A DNA stretch of 64,000 nucleotides from an uncultured Rickettsiales bacterium. Lineage in GTDB: Bacteria; Pseudomonadota; Alphaproteobacteria; Rs-D84. The notes under the pieces are model-generated. The model saw only the letters and a list, made by a program, of their open reading frames with translations. It was not told where the DNA came from and searched no databases. The position numbers and the translations under genes were made by a program. Where the stretch lies: assembly GCA_900550565.1 (NCBI GenBank), contig URSG01000003.1:287-64286 (forward strand), read 5' to 3'. Positions 52,838-60,934 of the stretch are shown piece after piece. Each line of letters begins with the position of its first letter. Position 1 is the stretch's first letter.

Positions 52838-52958
52838 TTTATGGTCCTTGTTCGTTGGGCGTGTGCTTGATTCCCCTTTCCGACTTCACAGGGAAGATAG
52901 CACGGGGATTTATGGTTGTCAATGACAATTTATAATTATTTTATGGGATTTTATGGTC
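52838..52958 (-). promoter_or_regulatory. mraZ promoter (TTGACA-17-TATCTT at 52922-52894) with direct TATGG(G/T) repeats, candidate MraZ operator
   Basis: Plus-strand GGGGATTTATGGTT (52904-52917, inside the spacer), TGGGATTTTATGGTC (52944-52958) and TTTATGGTCC (52838-52847, over the RBS). Confidence 0.4.
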
Positions 52959-53013
52959 TGGTAAATAAAAATAAATTTTTTTCAAATAAAATTAAAATAA
53001 ATTAAATTTCCAC

Positions 53014-53043
53014 TTGACCTGCGATTCGTTTTTGTTCTAAGAT
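53014..53043 (+). promoter_or_regulatory. candidate sigma70 promoter TTGACC-18-TAAGAT
   Basis: About 170 nt upstream of the ATG at 53213, implying a long 5' UTR. Confidence 0.4.
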
Positions 53044-53212
53044 GTTTGTATAGACAAGGAGAAAAGGTTTCAAAACCCCAGAAATCCGCCAAAAACCGGA
53101 AATCTGGCAAAAATAAAAAACAACAAAAGATTTGGTTGATGAAAATGTAAATACGTGTGTAAATACATCATTTGGCCAGTTCTTTAAACCCAAGCAAAGG
53201 AGGGACCCACGC

Positions 53213-53548
53213 ATGCCAAAAAATATTAAAGAAATTATGATTGCCTTGAACAAAGTTTTAACAACAACAGTTTGGGTGAACGAAGATCGCCAGATTATAT
53301 CCTTGGCCGATGAATTGAAAATTGGTATTGGCAATGCGCCACGCAGCATAGAAGATTTGCCACGAACATCATTGGTTGGTGCGTATGTTTCTTTGCAGAT
53401 TCGCACGGATAATTTTGATGTTGCCGCCGAAAGTATGGATACAAAAACATTGGCATTGCGTGTCAAGGGCATGGTCTTTGCCGAAGCGAAAAAGATAATG
53501 GATGCCGCAGACGTTGCAGACAAGACAGTTGTTGCACGTGCTGCATAA
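53213..53548 (+). CDS. hypothetical protein (111 aa)
   Basis: Strong AAGGAGGG RBS 7 nt upstream of the ATG and a terminator downstream. Preferred over the 205-aa antisense ORF. No family recognised. Confidence 0.5.
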   Translation: MPKNIKEIMIALNKVLTTTVWVNEDRQIISLADELKIGIGNAPRSIEDLPRTSLVGAYVSLQIRTDNFDVAAESMDTKTLALRVKGMVFAEAKKIMDAADVADKTVVARAA

Positions 53549-53614
53549 TATGTGTGTGCCGCGTGGGCACATGGCATCATAACAGTTTCTGGGAATACCA
53601 GAAGGAAGGGAGTA

Positions 53615-53649
53615 GCCACCGTCGAGTAATCGCCGGTGGTTATTTTTTT
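53615..53649 (+). terminator. rho-independent terminator
   Basis: Stem CCACCG/CGGTGG followed by TATTTTTTT. Confidence 0.6.
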
Positions 53650-53673
53650 AGTGACGAAGTGATACAGTGAAAA
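53650..53673. repeat. three tandem AGTGAnnn octamers (half-array)
   Basis: agtgacga agtgatac agtgaaaa directly after the terminator T-run. Same unit as at 3449 and 57973. Confidence 0.75.
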
Positions 53674-53698
53674 ATAAAGTTTCCGTTGCGTGGCGTTT

Positions 53699-55288
53699 TT
53701 ATACGAATTTTTCAGGAACCAGGCGCATCATAATTTTCCATGCACGACGGAAAATGGTCGTGTCCGGACTGTGATGATATTCGCGCGCCGCGGTGTCGCC
53801 TGGGCGTTTGCCGGTCCATAATGGATTGCCGTCTTCGTCCAGTGTCACGCGCCACGCGGTCTGGGTGTCGCGCAAAATCATATCACGTAATTTTTTGGCA
53901 AAATCGCGACTTTCAAATATTGCGACGTTTTCAGTGTTAAAATACGCACTGCGTGGGTCCAGATTAAAACTGCCAATCCAAGAAATTCTGTCGTCAAACA
54001 CCATTGTTTTACTGTGCAGAACAGAAAAACTGGATGCCTTGCGTTCGCGGTCGTGTTCGTGGGCGCGCAGGTTTTCCGCCGACAGCATAAATTCATAGAC
54101 GTCTGCACCTGATTCAATCAGATGTTTGCGATACTTTTCCCATTTTGCATAAACCGTTGGTGCGTTTGTTGACGCCAGCGAATTTGTGACAATCGTTATA
54201 TGAACGCCAGATTTTTCTTCGCGTGTTATGTGGGCCAGACCACCCTGGCCAGGGACGAAATACGCCGCCGAAACATACACAGAATTATCTGTTTCGCGCC
54301 ACAGGTGTTGCAGTGCGCGCACAATGTCGCCACGGTATTTTTGTTTCTGTTCCATGGTCATTTCGACCTTGGCCGGTGGGTCGGCCAGGAATTTCCCGTG
54401 ACCCCAACTGAAATCAAAATCTTTTTGTTTGTATTTATCTATGGCGTTTTGGATTATGTTATTATACAGCTGTGTGTCGGTTGCGCTGCGTTCCTGGATT
54501 TCTTGGAATTTTTCTTCCAGGTGGTGCAATGCCTTTTTAGATTTAGCCTTGGGGAAAACGTCGGCCGGTATTGCCAAGTGATGATTCCAATATTCATCAA
54601 AACTGGCCGTTGCGTATTTCGTCATATCGCCCAAGAACAACACGTCGGTATCTGAAAAATTAGACGCGGTTTCTGGGTAAAAATAATTACTGCCCACGTT
54701 GCGGCCCCCGGTGATGTATGCAACGTTGTCCACGATAAACAGTTTGTTGTGCATACGCGAATTCAGCCGATTAAATTCCAGCAAAAATTGTGGGTAATAT
54801 AAAATCTTGGCACGATTGGCGACGGTGTTGAAAACCTTGACCTCTATATTAGGGTGCTGGTTCAGCAACATTACGTCAACAATATCAGAATTTGTTCCAT
54901 AGTCGTCCAGCAATATGCGCACGCGCACCCCACGGTCGGCGGCCCGTTTTAATTCGCCAACCAAAACCTTGGACGAAAAATCATTGCTGTAAATATATGT
55001 TTGCAGGTCAATCGTTTTTGTTGCCATACGTGCGAACGCCGCGCGAAGTACAAATGCAGCCAACCCGTCGTCAATCAATGTCGCGCCCGATATGTTATCG
55101 CCGTTGTTTAGTTCGTCGTAATAGCATTGCGCGATTGGGGTCTGCATCGGGTCATAATCAAAATCAGACGCAGTAATTTTTGGAACGTGACCGTCCAACC
55201 GCTTGTCTTGCGTGCTGGTCGGGACAGTCGTGCACCCCAGCACTGGCAGCGTCAACAAGAATAATAAACTGCGTTTTATGCCAGACAA
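53699..55288 (-). CDS. phospholipase D / cardiolipin-synthase-like lipoprotein (two HKD motifs)
   Basis: Lipobox LPVLGC, HKD1 MHNKLFIVDNVAYITGGRN and HKD2 LHSKTMVFDDRISWIGSFN. TTG start with an AAGGA RBS. Confidence 0.85.
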   Translation of the reverse strand: MSGIKRSLLFLLTLPVLGCTTVPTSTQDKRLDGHVPKITASDFDYDPMQTPIAQCYYDELNNGDNISGATLIDDGLAAFVLRAAFARMATKTIDLQTYIYSNDFSSKVLVGELKRAADRGVRVRILLDDYGTNSDIVDVMLLNQHPNIEVKVFNTVANRAKILYYPQFLLEFNRLNSRMHNKLFIVDNVAYITGGRNVGSNYFYPETASNFSDTDVLFLGDMTKYATASFDEYWNHHLAIPADVFPKAKSKKALHHLEEKFQEIQERSATDTQLYNNIIQNAIDKYKQKDFDFSWGHGKFLADPPAKVEMTMEQKQKYRGDIVRALQHLWRETDNSVYVSAAYFVPGQGGLAHITREEKSGVHITIVTNSLASTNAPTVYAKWEKYRKHLIESGADVYEFMLSAENLRAHEHDRERKASSFSVLHSKTMVFDDRISWIGSFNLDPRSAYFNTENVAIFESRDFAKKLRDMILRDTQTAWRVTLDEDGNPLWTGKRPGDTAAREYHHSPDTTIFRRAWKIMMRLVPEKFV

Positions 55289-55437
55289 AATTTTATCCTT
55301 TGACGCGAATTATAGTATAAAAAATTGTCGTATGACAAGGGATTTTAATCACGCCAGACAAGAATTTTGGACAGGGGGTAAAATGCATTTCGGTCAATTA
55401 AATCAATGATTTTTTAAACGCAGTTGTCTTTTTTTGT

Positions 55438-55466
55438 TTGTATAGCCAGGGGAATTATGATAAAAT
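55438..55466 (+). promoter_or_regulatory. candidate sigma70 promoter TTGTAT-17-TAAAAT
   Basis: About 28 nt upstream of the ATG at 55494, with an AGGAAGGA RBS in between. Confidence 0.45.
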
Positions 55467-55493
55467 CTGAACAATAGGAAGGAATATTTCGCC

Positions 55494-57944
55494 ATGAAAA
55501 GACTGATTGTTGTATTGAGTGGATTGCTGGTTTTGCCCGCATTTGCAGAGGTTGCGCCCGCATATTACTATGACGACGTTATTGAATATTCGGATACGGA
55601 TATTGATTCTGACGTTGATGATGTGGTGATTGCTGACGACGCAGATGTGGCCCAGGATACAGGCAAGACGTCTGTCCCGACGGTTGCGTCACGCACGGTT
55701 GCAAATACCAATTCGCGTGCGGCGGCCGCGTCGCCACGTGCAACGGCGTCTGGTCGTGTGGCATCGGCGCGTAATAATGCCACGTCATCACGCACGGTCA
55801 CGGCACGTACAGCGACAACGTCGCGTGCAAATGTTTCGCGTGCAAACGTATCGCGCGCAGCGGCAACATCGTCGGCGAATAAAAATGTTTCTGCACGTCG
55901 CGCAGTGTCAAATACAACTGCGGCGCGCGCATCAATCGTGCAAACTGATACAGTCAACACACCGTTATACACCGGACGTGTTGGTGTGCGCGGTCAATCT
56001 GTGACAACGCGTGTCCCAACGGTTCGTATGGCGGCGGCGTCAACAGCCACAGATACGTCCAAGACATCATCTGCCAGCAGCACAACCGATATGGACGAAT
56101 TGGCCCAGGTCACCGATTTTTGCAAGGCCCAGTATCAGTCTTGTATGGATAATTTCTGTAATGTTCTGGACGATAACCAGGGACGTTGCAGTTGCAGCAA
56201 AAATTTAAAGAATTACGAAAAAACCGAAGCGGCACTGAAACAAGCAACCGAAGATTTACAAGACGTCGCGCAAAAGATTCAGTATATCGGTTTGTCCAAG
56301 GACGAAGTGGAAACCTTGTTCACCCAGACCGAGGCTGAATTAAAAATGCAGGGTTCCAGTGACAATTCCCAGTTGAAAACTGATTTGGATAAAATCAAAA
56401 GCCTGATTGTTGATGTGAAATCGGGCAGTGCGTCGTCCGTCAGTGACAGTGGGTTGAGTTTTGATTTGTCCGGTCTGTTGGACTTTACAGTCAGCAGCAC
56501 AGGTTTTGATTTAAGTGCGTTTTTGGGCAATTCATCAAATACGTCCAGCATCAGCAACCAACGTGGCGAACAGTTGTACAAGACTGCGACGGCACGGTGC
56601 AAGGCGGCGGTTCTGAATACGTGCAGTGCCCAGGGTGTTGACATTTCTGTTATCACAAATGCATACGATTTGGAAATTGATAAACAGTGCATCGTATATG
56701 AACGCGCGTTGACGGATTCTAATGACCAGATGGCGTCAACGGTGCGCAATGCGAAATCTGTATTGCAAAAGGCGCGTTTGTTGGTCGCACAACAGAAAAA
56801 TACATACGATTTGCGTGGGTGCGTAAATGCGCTGGATTCATGTATGCAAGATGATTTTGTCTGTGGGTCTGATTATGAAAACTGTTTGGATCCGACCGGC
56901 AAATACATCGTTGATGGTAAAATCGTCGTAGGCAGCACACCTGGTCAAAAGGTTGACGCAGATGTCGCCGCGCCTAAGTATTATACAGATAATTTGTATG
57001 CAACGTGGAATTATGGCGACAAGAAAAACGCCTGGGGTGACGATGGCACGCTGAGTGATTATATCACCCAAACTGTCACAAACAGTAATGTGACCAAGAC
57101 GTCTGAAATAATGTCTAATTATTTGCAGTATAAAATTGGCTATAACGCCGACGGCAAGAATTATGGTATGTGTATGTCTGTCTTGAACAAGTGCCAGGAT
57201 ATTACATACAAGGGTGCAGGTCAGAACAAAACCTATGATCCACAAAACAACGTGGTCAAGGAATATCTGCAACGTACGTTGACCCAGATAAAGGCGAAAC
57301 AAGATGAACTGTTGGCCAGTTATGCAGAAACCTGTATTTCTGATGTGTCGTCGTGCCTGGGCCAGAACGGATACAGCACATCGTCAACCACAACAACCAG
57401 TCAATCGGCCAAGAATATCGCAATCAATGCGTGCCGTGCGTCAATCGTGACATGTATGTCTGTCAATGGTATGACCAATGTGACACCGACACCAGATTCT
57501 ATGATTTCGTGGGTCAGTGCAGTTATTGATAAAAGTGCGACAACCGAATATCCAACACCAAAACCATCAGGCCCCGACCTGTATGTGACATGTGCGACGT
57601 GTAAAAAAGGTGGCTATTCGTGGAAAAATGGCACGTGCGTAGCAAAAATCAACTATGCTGACATTACATCATCGTCGGCGTGCGCAACCCAGGGAGGCAG
57701 TTGGGTTCCTGGGACGTGTACGTATGTTGCGAACAACGTGCCAGACCTTAATGATATGTTGATATCGTTAAAGGATGACCATTGGACCGTGACACAGACG
57801 GGTCAAAATGTAAAGGCGACCAAGAGAGCAGAGTTTAGCGCATGTCAAGATGGTATTAGCGAAATGAATGGTCGGTTAGATGCTGGCACTGACGTGTCCT
57901 TGACATACAAAGATGCTGTGTGTACTGAAAAGGCATGTGAATAA
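55494..57944 (+). CDS. large secreted Cys-rich coiled-coil protein with basic Arg/Ser/Thr/Ala-rich N-terminal region
   Basis: 816 aa. Signal peptide (LPAFA/EV), SRANVSRANVSRA repeats, Cys cluster CKAQYQSCMDNFC...CSC, and C-terminal CATCKKGGYSWKNGTC and CATQGGSWVPGTC motifs resembling the 608-aa protein. Confidence 0.75.
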   Translation: MKRLIVVLSGLLVLPAFAEVAPAYYYDDVIEYSDTDIDSDVDDVVIADDADVAQDTGKTSVPTVASRTVANTNSRAAAASPRATASGRVASARNNATSSRTVTARTATTSRANVSRANVSRAAATSSANKNVSARRAVSNTTAARASIVQTDTVNTPLYTGRVGVRGQSVTTRVPTVRMAAASTATDTSKTSSASSTTDMDELAQVTDFCKAQYQSCMDNFCNVLDDNQGRCSCSKNLKNYEKTEAALKQATEDLQDVAQKIQYIGLSKDEVETLFTQTEAELKMQGSSDNSQLKTDLDKIKSLIVDVKSGSASSVSDSGLSFDLSGLLDFTVSSTGFDLSAFLGNSSNTSSISNQRGEQLYKTATARCKAAVLNTCSAQGVDISVITNAYDLEIDKQCIVYERALTDSNDQMASTVRNAKSVLQKARLLVAQQKNTYDLRGCVNALDSCMQDDFVCGSDYENCLDPTGKYIVDGKIVVGSTPGQKVDADVAAPKYYTDNLYATWNYGDKKNAWGDDGTLSDYITQTVTNSNVTKTSEIMSNYLQYKIGYNADGKNYGMCMSVLNKCQDITYKGAGQNKTYDPQNNVVKEYLQRTLTQIKAKQDELLASYAETCISDVSSCLGQNGYSTSSTTTTSQSAKNIAINACRASIVTCMSVNGMTNVTPTPDSMISWVSAVIDKSATTEYPTPKPSGPDLYVTCATCKKGGYSWKNGTCVAKINYADITSSSACATQGGSWVPGTCTYVANNVPDLNDMLISLKDDHWTVTQTGQNVKATKRAEFSACQDGISEMNGRLDAGTDVSLTYKDAVCTEKACE

Positions 57945-57972
57945 AAAAACGCCCCATCGGGGCGTTTTTTTT
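57944..57972 (+). terminator. rho-independent terminator
   Basis: Stem CGCCCC/GGGGCG followed by T8. Confidence 0.75.
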
Positions 57973-58084
57973 AGTGAATAAGTGAATAAGTGAGAAAGTG
58001 AATAAGTGATAAATCACTCTGTCACTCTATCACTCTATCACTATATCACTCTCTCACTCTGTCACTTTCTCACTCTCTCACTAA
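57973..58084. repeat. inverted arrays of tandem 8-nt units: 5 x AGTGAnnn abutting 9 x nTCACTnn
   Basis: agtgaata agtgaata agtgagaa agtgaata agtgataa | atcactct gtcactct atcactct atcactat atcactct ctcactct gtcacttt ctcactct ctcactaa. The centre is the palindrome AGTGATAAATCACT. Confidence 0.9.
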
Positions 58085-58106
58085 AAACACCGCCCTGGGG
58101 GCGGTG
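58083..58106 (-). terminator. rho-independent terminator after the IHF gene
   Basis: Stem CACCGCCC/GGGCGGTG followed by T5 on the minus strand. Confidence 0.7.
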
Positions 58107-58109
58107 AAA

Positions 58110-58400
58110 TTATTGGTGCTTTGCAACACGTTGTCTGAATTCGTTGCTGGGGCGAAATGACGCAACGCGTCGCGCCGATATTACCGCAGATTCGCCCGTT
58201 TTGGGATTGCGTCCCATACGTTGGGCCTTGGTTAAAATCTTGAAACTGCCGAATCCGGCAAATTTTACTTCTTCGCCATTTACCAGTGCGTCGTGTATTT
58301 CGTCAAATACAATATCAACTAATTTATACGCGTCCGCCGTGGTCAGACCAAATTTATCCCGCAAACGTGCGGCAAAATCACTTCTTGTTACCGTTGACAT
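58110..58400 (-). CDS. ihfA: integration host factor alpha-like (HU/IHF family)
   Basis: 96 aa. GFGSFKILTKAQRMGRNPKTGESAVISARRVASFRPS resembles IHF-alpha more than IHF-beta or HU. Confidence 0.75.
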   Translation of the reverse strand: MSTVTRSDFAARLRDKFGLTTADAYKLVDIVFDEIHDALVNGEEVKFAGFGSFKILTKAQRMGRNPKTGESAVISARRVASFRPSNEFRQRVAKHQ

Positions 58401-58492
58401 TTTTACCCTTCCTGTTTTTTGTCGGGCATATTATAGCCGCGGTTATTACAACTTGCAATATTAAAATCCAAGGAATAAAATAAAACCGGTAT

Positions 58493-58568
58493 GTTCCCAT
58501 AGTTCAACAGGATAGAACGAATTCCTCCTAAGAATTAAATCCGGGTTCAAGTCCTGGTGGGAACGCCA
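58493..58568 (+). tRNA. tRNA-Arg (anticodon CCU)
   Basis: GTTCCCATAGTTCAACAGGATAGAACGAATTCCTCCTAAGAATTAAATCCGGGTTCAAGTCCTGGTGGGAACGCCA. Anticodon loop is CTCCTAA. Confidence 0.9.
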
Positions 58569-58583
58569 ATCAAAGGATTTGTT

Positions 58584-58913
58584 ATGAAAAACAAGGCTGT
58601 TAAAATCGGAATAATCGCGTCGTTGGTGCCGCATTTGTTTTGCTGTGTGTTGCCAATCGTGTTGTCGGTTGTGTCACTGGTTGCGCCAGAATTCGCGCAC
58701 ACATCTGTGTTGCCGACGTGGATTGAACCGTGGCTGTTCGTATTTTCAGCGTTAATGTTGGGATTTTCGTGGGTGCTGGTCGTGCGCGATTGTCATTGTG
58801 ATTGCGCGCATTGTAATGATGGTGCCGGACACCGTCGCCAGAAAATAATCCTGGGGGTTATTACGCTGATATTTATAATCAGTGTTGTTTTGCACATTTT
58901 ATCACACAAATAA
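58584..58913 (+). CDS. small polytopic membrane protein with CC and CHCDCAHC motifs (MerC-domain-like)
   Basis: 109 aa. Start trimmed from 58557, which overlaps tRNA-Arg, to the ATG at 58584 with an AAGGA RBS. The resemblance to MerC-domain proteins is from memory only. Confidence 0.45.
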   Translation: MKNKAVKIGIIASLVPHLFCCVLPIVLSVVSLVAPEFAHTSVLPTWIEPWLFVFSALMLGFSWVLVVRDCHCDCAHCNDGAGHRRQKIILGVITLIFIISVVLHILSHK

Positions 58914-58941
58914 AAAACGTCCCATTTCGGGACGTTTTTTT
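58913..58941. terminator. bidirectional rho-independent terminator
   Basis: Stem CGTCCC/GGGACG flanked by A6 and T7. Confidence 0.75.
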
Positions 58942-60934
58942 ACCATAACTTTATTCGTTTTTCTGGGGCGATATATAACGCGTCGCCAGGCTGTATTCCA
59001 AATGCATCATACCACATTGCGATGTTCGGCAATATGCCATTGACGCGGTTGCGCGCCAGGGAATGTTCGTCAACCTTGGTCAGGCGCAGGTCTTCGTCGG
59101 GGCGACTGTTTTGCGCCCAACTGCCAGCGTATGCGATAAAGAAACGTTGGTCTGCGGTGAATCCATCGGCAACATCAGTTGCGTGACCAAAGTTTTTATA
59201 TGCGGTAAATGATACAGTTATCCCACCATAGTCCGCCAGGTTTTCGCCCAGTGTAAATTTGCCGTTTGCGTGCACGCCGGGCGCAATTACGATTTTATCA
59301 AACTGTGCGCGCAGGACGCCAGCACGCTGTTCAAATCCCTGGGCGTCGCGCACAGTCCACCAATCGGTCATATTACCGTTGGCGTCAAAATGACGGCCAG
59401 AATCATCAAATCCGTGTGTCATTTCGTGACCAATAATACTGCCGATTGCGCCATAGTTAAATGCGTCGTCTGCGTTCATATCAAAGAACGGATACTGTAA
59501 TATGCCGGCCGGAAAACATATCTCGTTCGTAGATGGGTCATAATACGCGTTGATTTCGTGTGCGTTCATATACCACAGGGTTGGGTCTTTTTCGCGACCG
59601 ATTTTGTTCAGCCAAAAATCATCTTCAAATTTTGATACAATCAGCATATTTTCCCACAGTGACGCGTTCGGGTCTATGTGCAATTCAGAATAATCGCGCC
59701 ACTTGTCCGGGTATCCGATTTTTGCGTGAAACGTGTCCAGTTTTTGTAATGCCTGGCGTTTAGTTTCGTCGGACATCCATTCCAGATTTTCAATACGCGC
59801 GCCCAGTGCGCGTTGCAAATTTTTCACCAATTCTTGCATACGTTTTTTTGCGTCTGCGGAAAAATATTTTTTCACATACAGGTGGCCGATTTCTTCGCCC
59901 AGAGTGCCGTCCAGCATCGCGACCGCGCGTTTCCAGCGTGGCTTTGGCGTGGGTTGGCCGGCCATTGTGCGGTTATAAAAATCAAATGATATTTCGTATG
60001 TTGTGTCGTCCAGTAATGTGTCTGCGGAACTGACAATGCGATATTTCAGATATGTCTTTATCAAATCCAAATCAGTATCGTTCATAATCGCGATTGATTC
60101 TGCGATTGCCTCGGGCTGGGCGATGTTGATTTGCGTCGCACGCGTTGCGCCACGCGCGGCCAAGTATGCGTCCCAATCAAATCCTGGGAAACGTGATTTG
60201 ATTTCGTCCAGTGTCATCTTGTGATAGTTCGCATGTGGGTCACGCAATTTTTCCTTTGGATAAAAAGACCGCGCCATACGTAATTCTAAATCGTATAATT
60301 TTTTTGCGTCCACAGAAATGCCAAAGTTTTTCATTTGTTTCGCGATAAATTCCAGATACTTTTCGCGAATCTGGATTGTTTTTTTGTCTGTGTCAAAATA
60401 GTAGTCACGTGCCAGCCCCAGTCCGCCCTGGCCAATGTTATACAGGTAATGTGTGCTGTCTGTTTCGTCCAGTGCAACGCCGTCGCCCCAAAATGCCGAT
60501 GTCATCTGGTGCATACGACCAATAAATTCTGGTAATTCATCGCGTGATTTTATCGCGTCAATTTCTGCAATCTGGGCGGCAACCGGGCGCACGCCGTCGG
60601 CGTTTAATTTTTCTGTGTTCATCGCGATTTTATATAACGTCCCGATTTTTCCGGTATCTGTTTCGGCGATTTCGCGCACACGCACCAGGTTGGTATCGTG
60701 CAAAACATCAAACACACCATATCGTGTATAGTCGTCTGGGATTGGGTGCGCCGACCGCCAACCGTTTGTTGCATACGCGTAAAAATCGTCGCCTGGACGA
60801 ACAGTTGTATCCATATTTTCAGGTCGTATCCCAGTGTTCATAATTACATCCTTTGGTTTTGTTAAATAGTGCGCAATCACAACCGCGGTGACAACCGCGA
60901 TTATTCCGATTATGTTCAGCAATTTGTTTTTCAT
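58940..60934 (-). CDS. pepO: M13 family metalloendopeptidase (PepO/ECE-like)
   Basis: The HEMTHGFD zinc motif and ENLADYGG. N-terminal signal anchor. The ATG at 60934 overlaps the hemW stop (ATGA). Confidence 0.9.
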   Translation of the reverse strand: MKNKLLNIIGIIAVVTAVVIAHYLTKPKDVIMNTGIRPENMDTTVRPGDDFYAYATNGWRSAHPIPDDYTRYGVFDVLHDTNLVRVREIAETDTGKIGTLYKIAMNTEKLNADGVRPVAAQIAEIDAIKSRDELPEFIGRMHQMTSAFWGDGVALDETDSTHYLYNIGQGGLGLARDYYFDTDKKTIQIREKYLEFIAKQMKNFGISVDAKKLYDLELRMARSFYPKEKLRDPHANYHKMTLDEIKSRFPGFDWDAYLAARGATRATQINIAQPEAIAESIAIMNDTDLDLIKTYLKYRIVSSADTLLDDTTYEISFDFYNRTMAGQPTPKPRWKRAVAMLDGTLGEEIGHLYVKKYFSADAKKRMQELVKNLQRALGARIENLEWMSDETKRQALQKLDTFHAKIGYPDKWRDYSELHIDPNASLWENMLIVSKFEDDFWLNKIGREKDPTLWYMNAHEINAYYDPSTNEICFPAGILQYPFFDMNADDAFNYGAIGSIIGHEMTHGFDDSGRHFDANGNMTDWWTVRDAQGFEQRAGVLRAQFDKIVIAPGVHANGKFTLGENLADYGGITVSFTAYKNFGHATDVADGFTADQRFFIAYAGSWAQNSRPDEDLRLTKVDEHSLARNRVNGILPNIAMWYDAFGIQPGDALYIAPEKRIKLW

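Noticed and set aside
53002-53619. 205-aa minus-strand ORF overlapping the 53213..53548 plus-strand gene.
   Set aside because: The plus-strand frame has a strong AAGGAGGG RBS, a promoter and a downstream terminator. The minus-strand translation looks like antisense noise, and it would run through the terminator and the promoter.
55568-56004. Alternate-frame ORFs (55568..55972 minus, 55630..56004 plus) in the Arg/Ala-rich 5' part of the 816-aa gene.
   Set aside because: GC-rich repetitive codons keep several frames open. Only the main frame links a signal peptide to the long downstream ORF.
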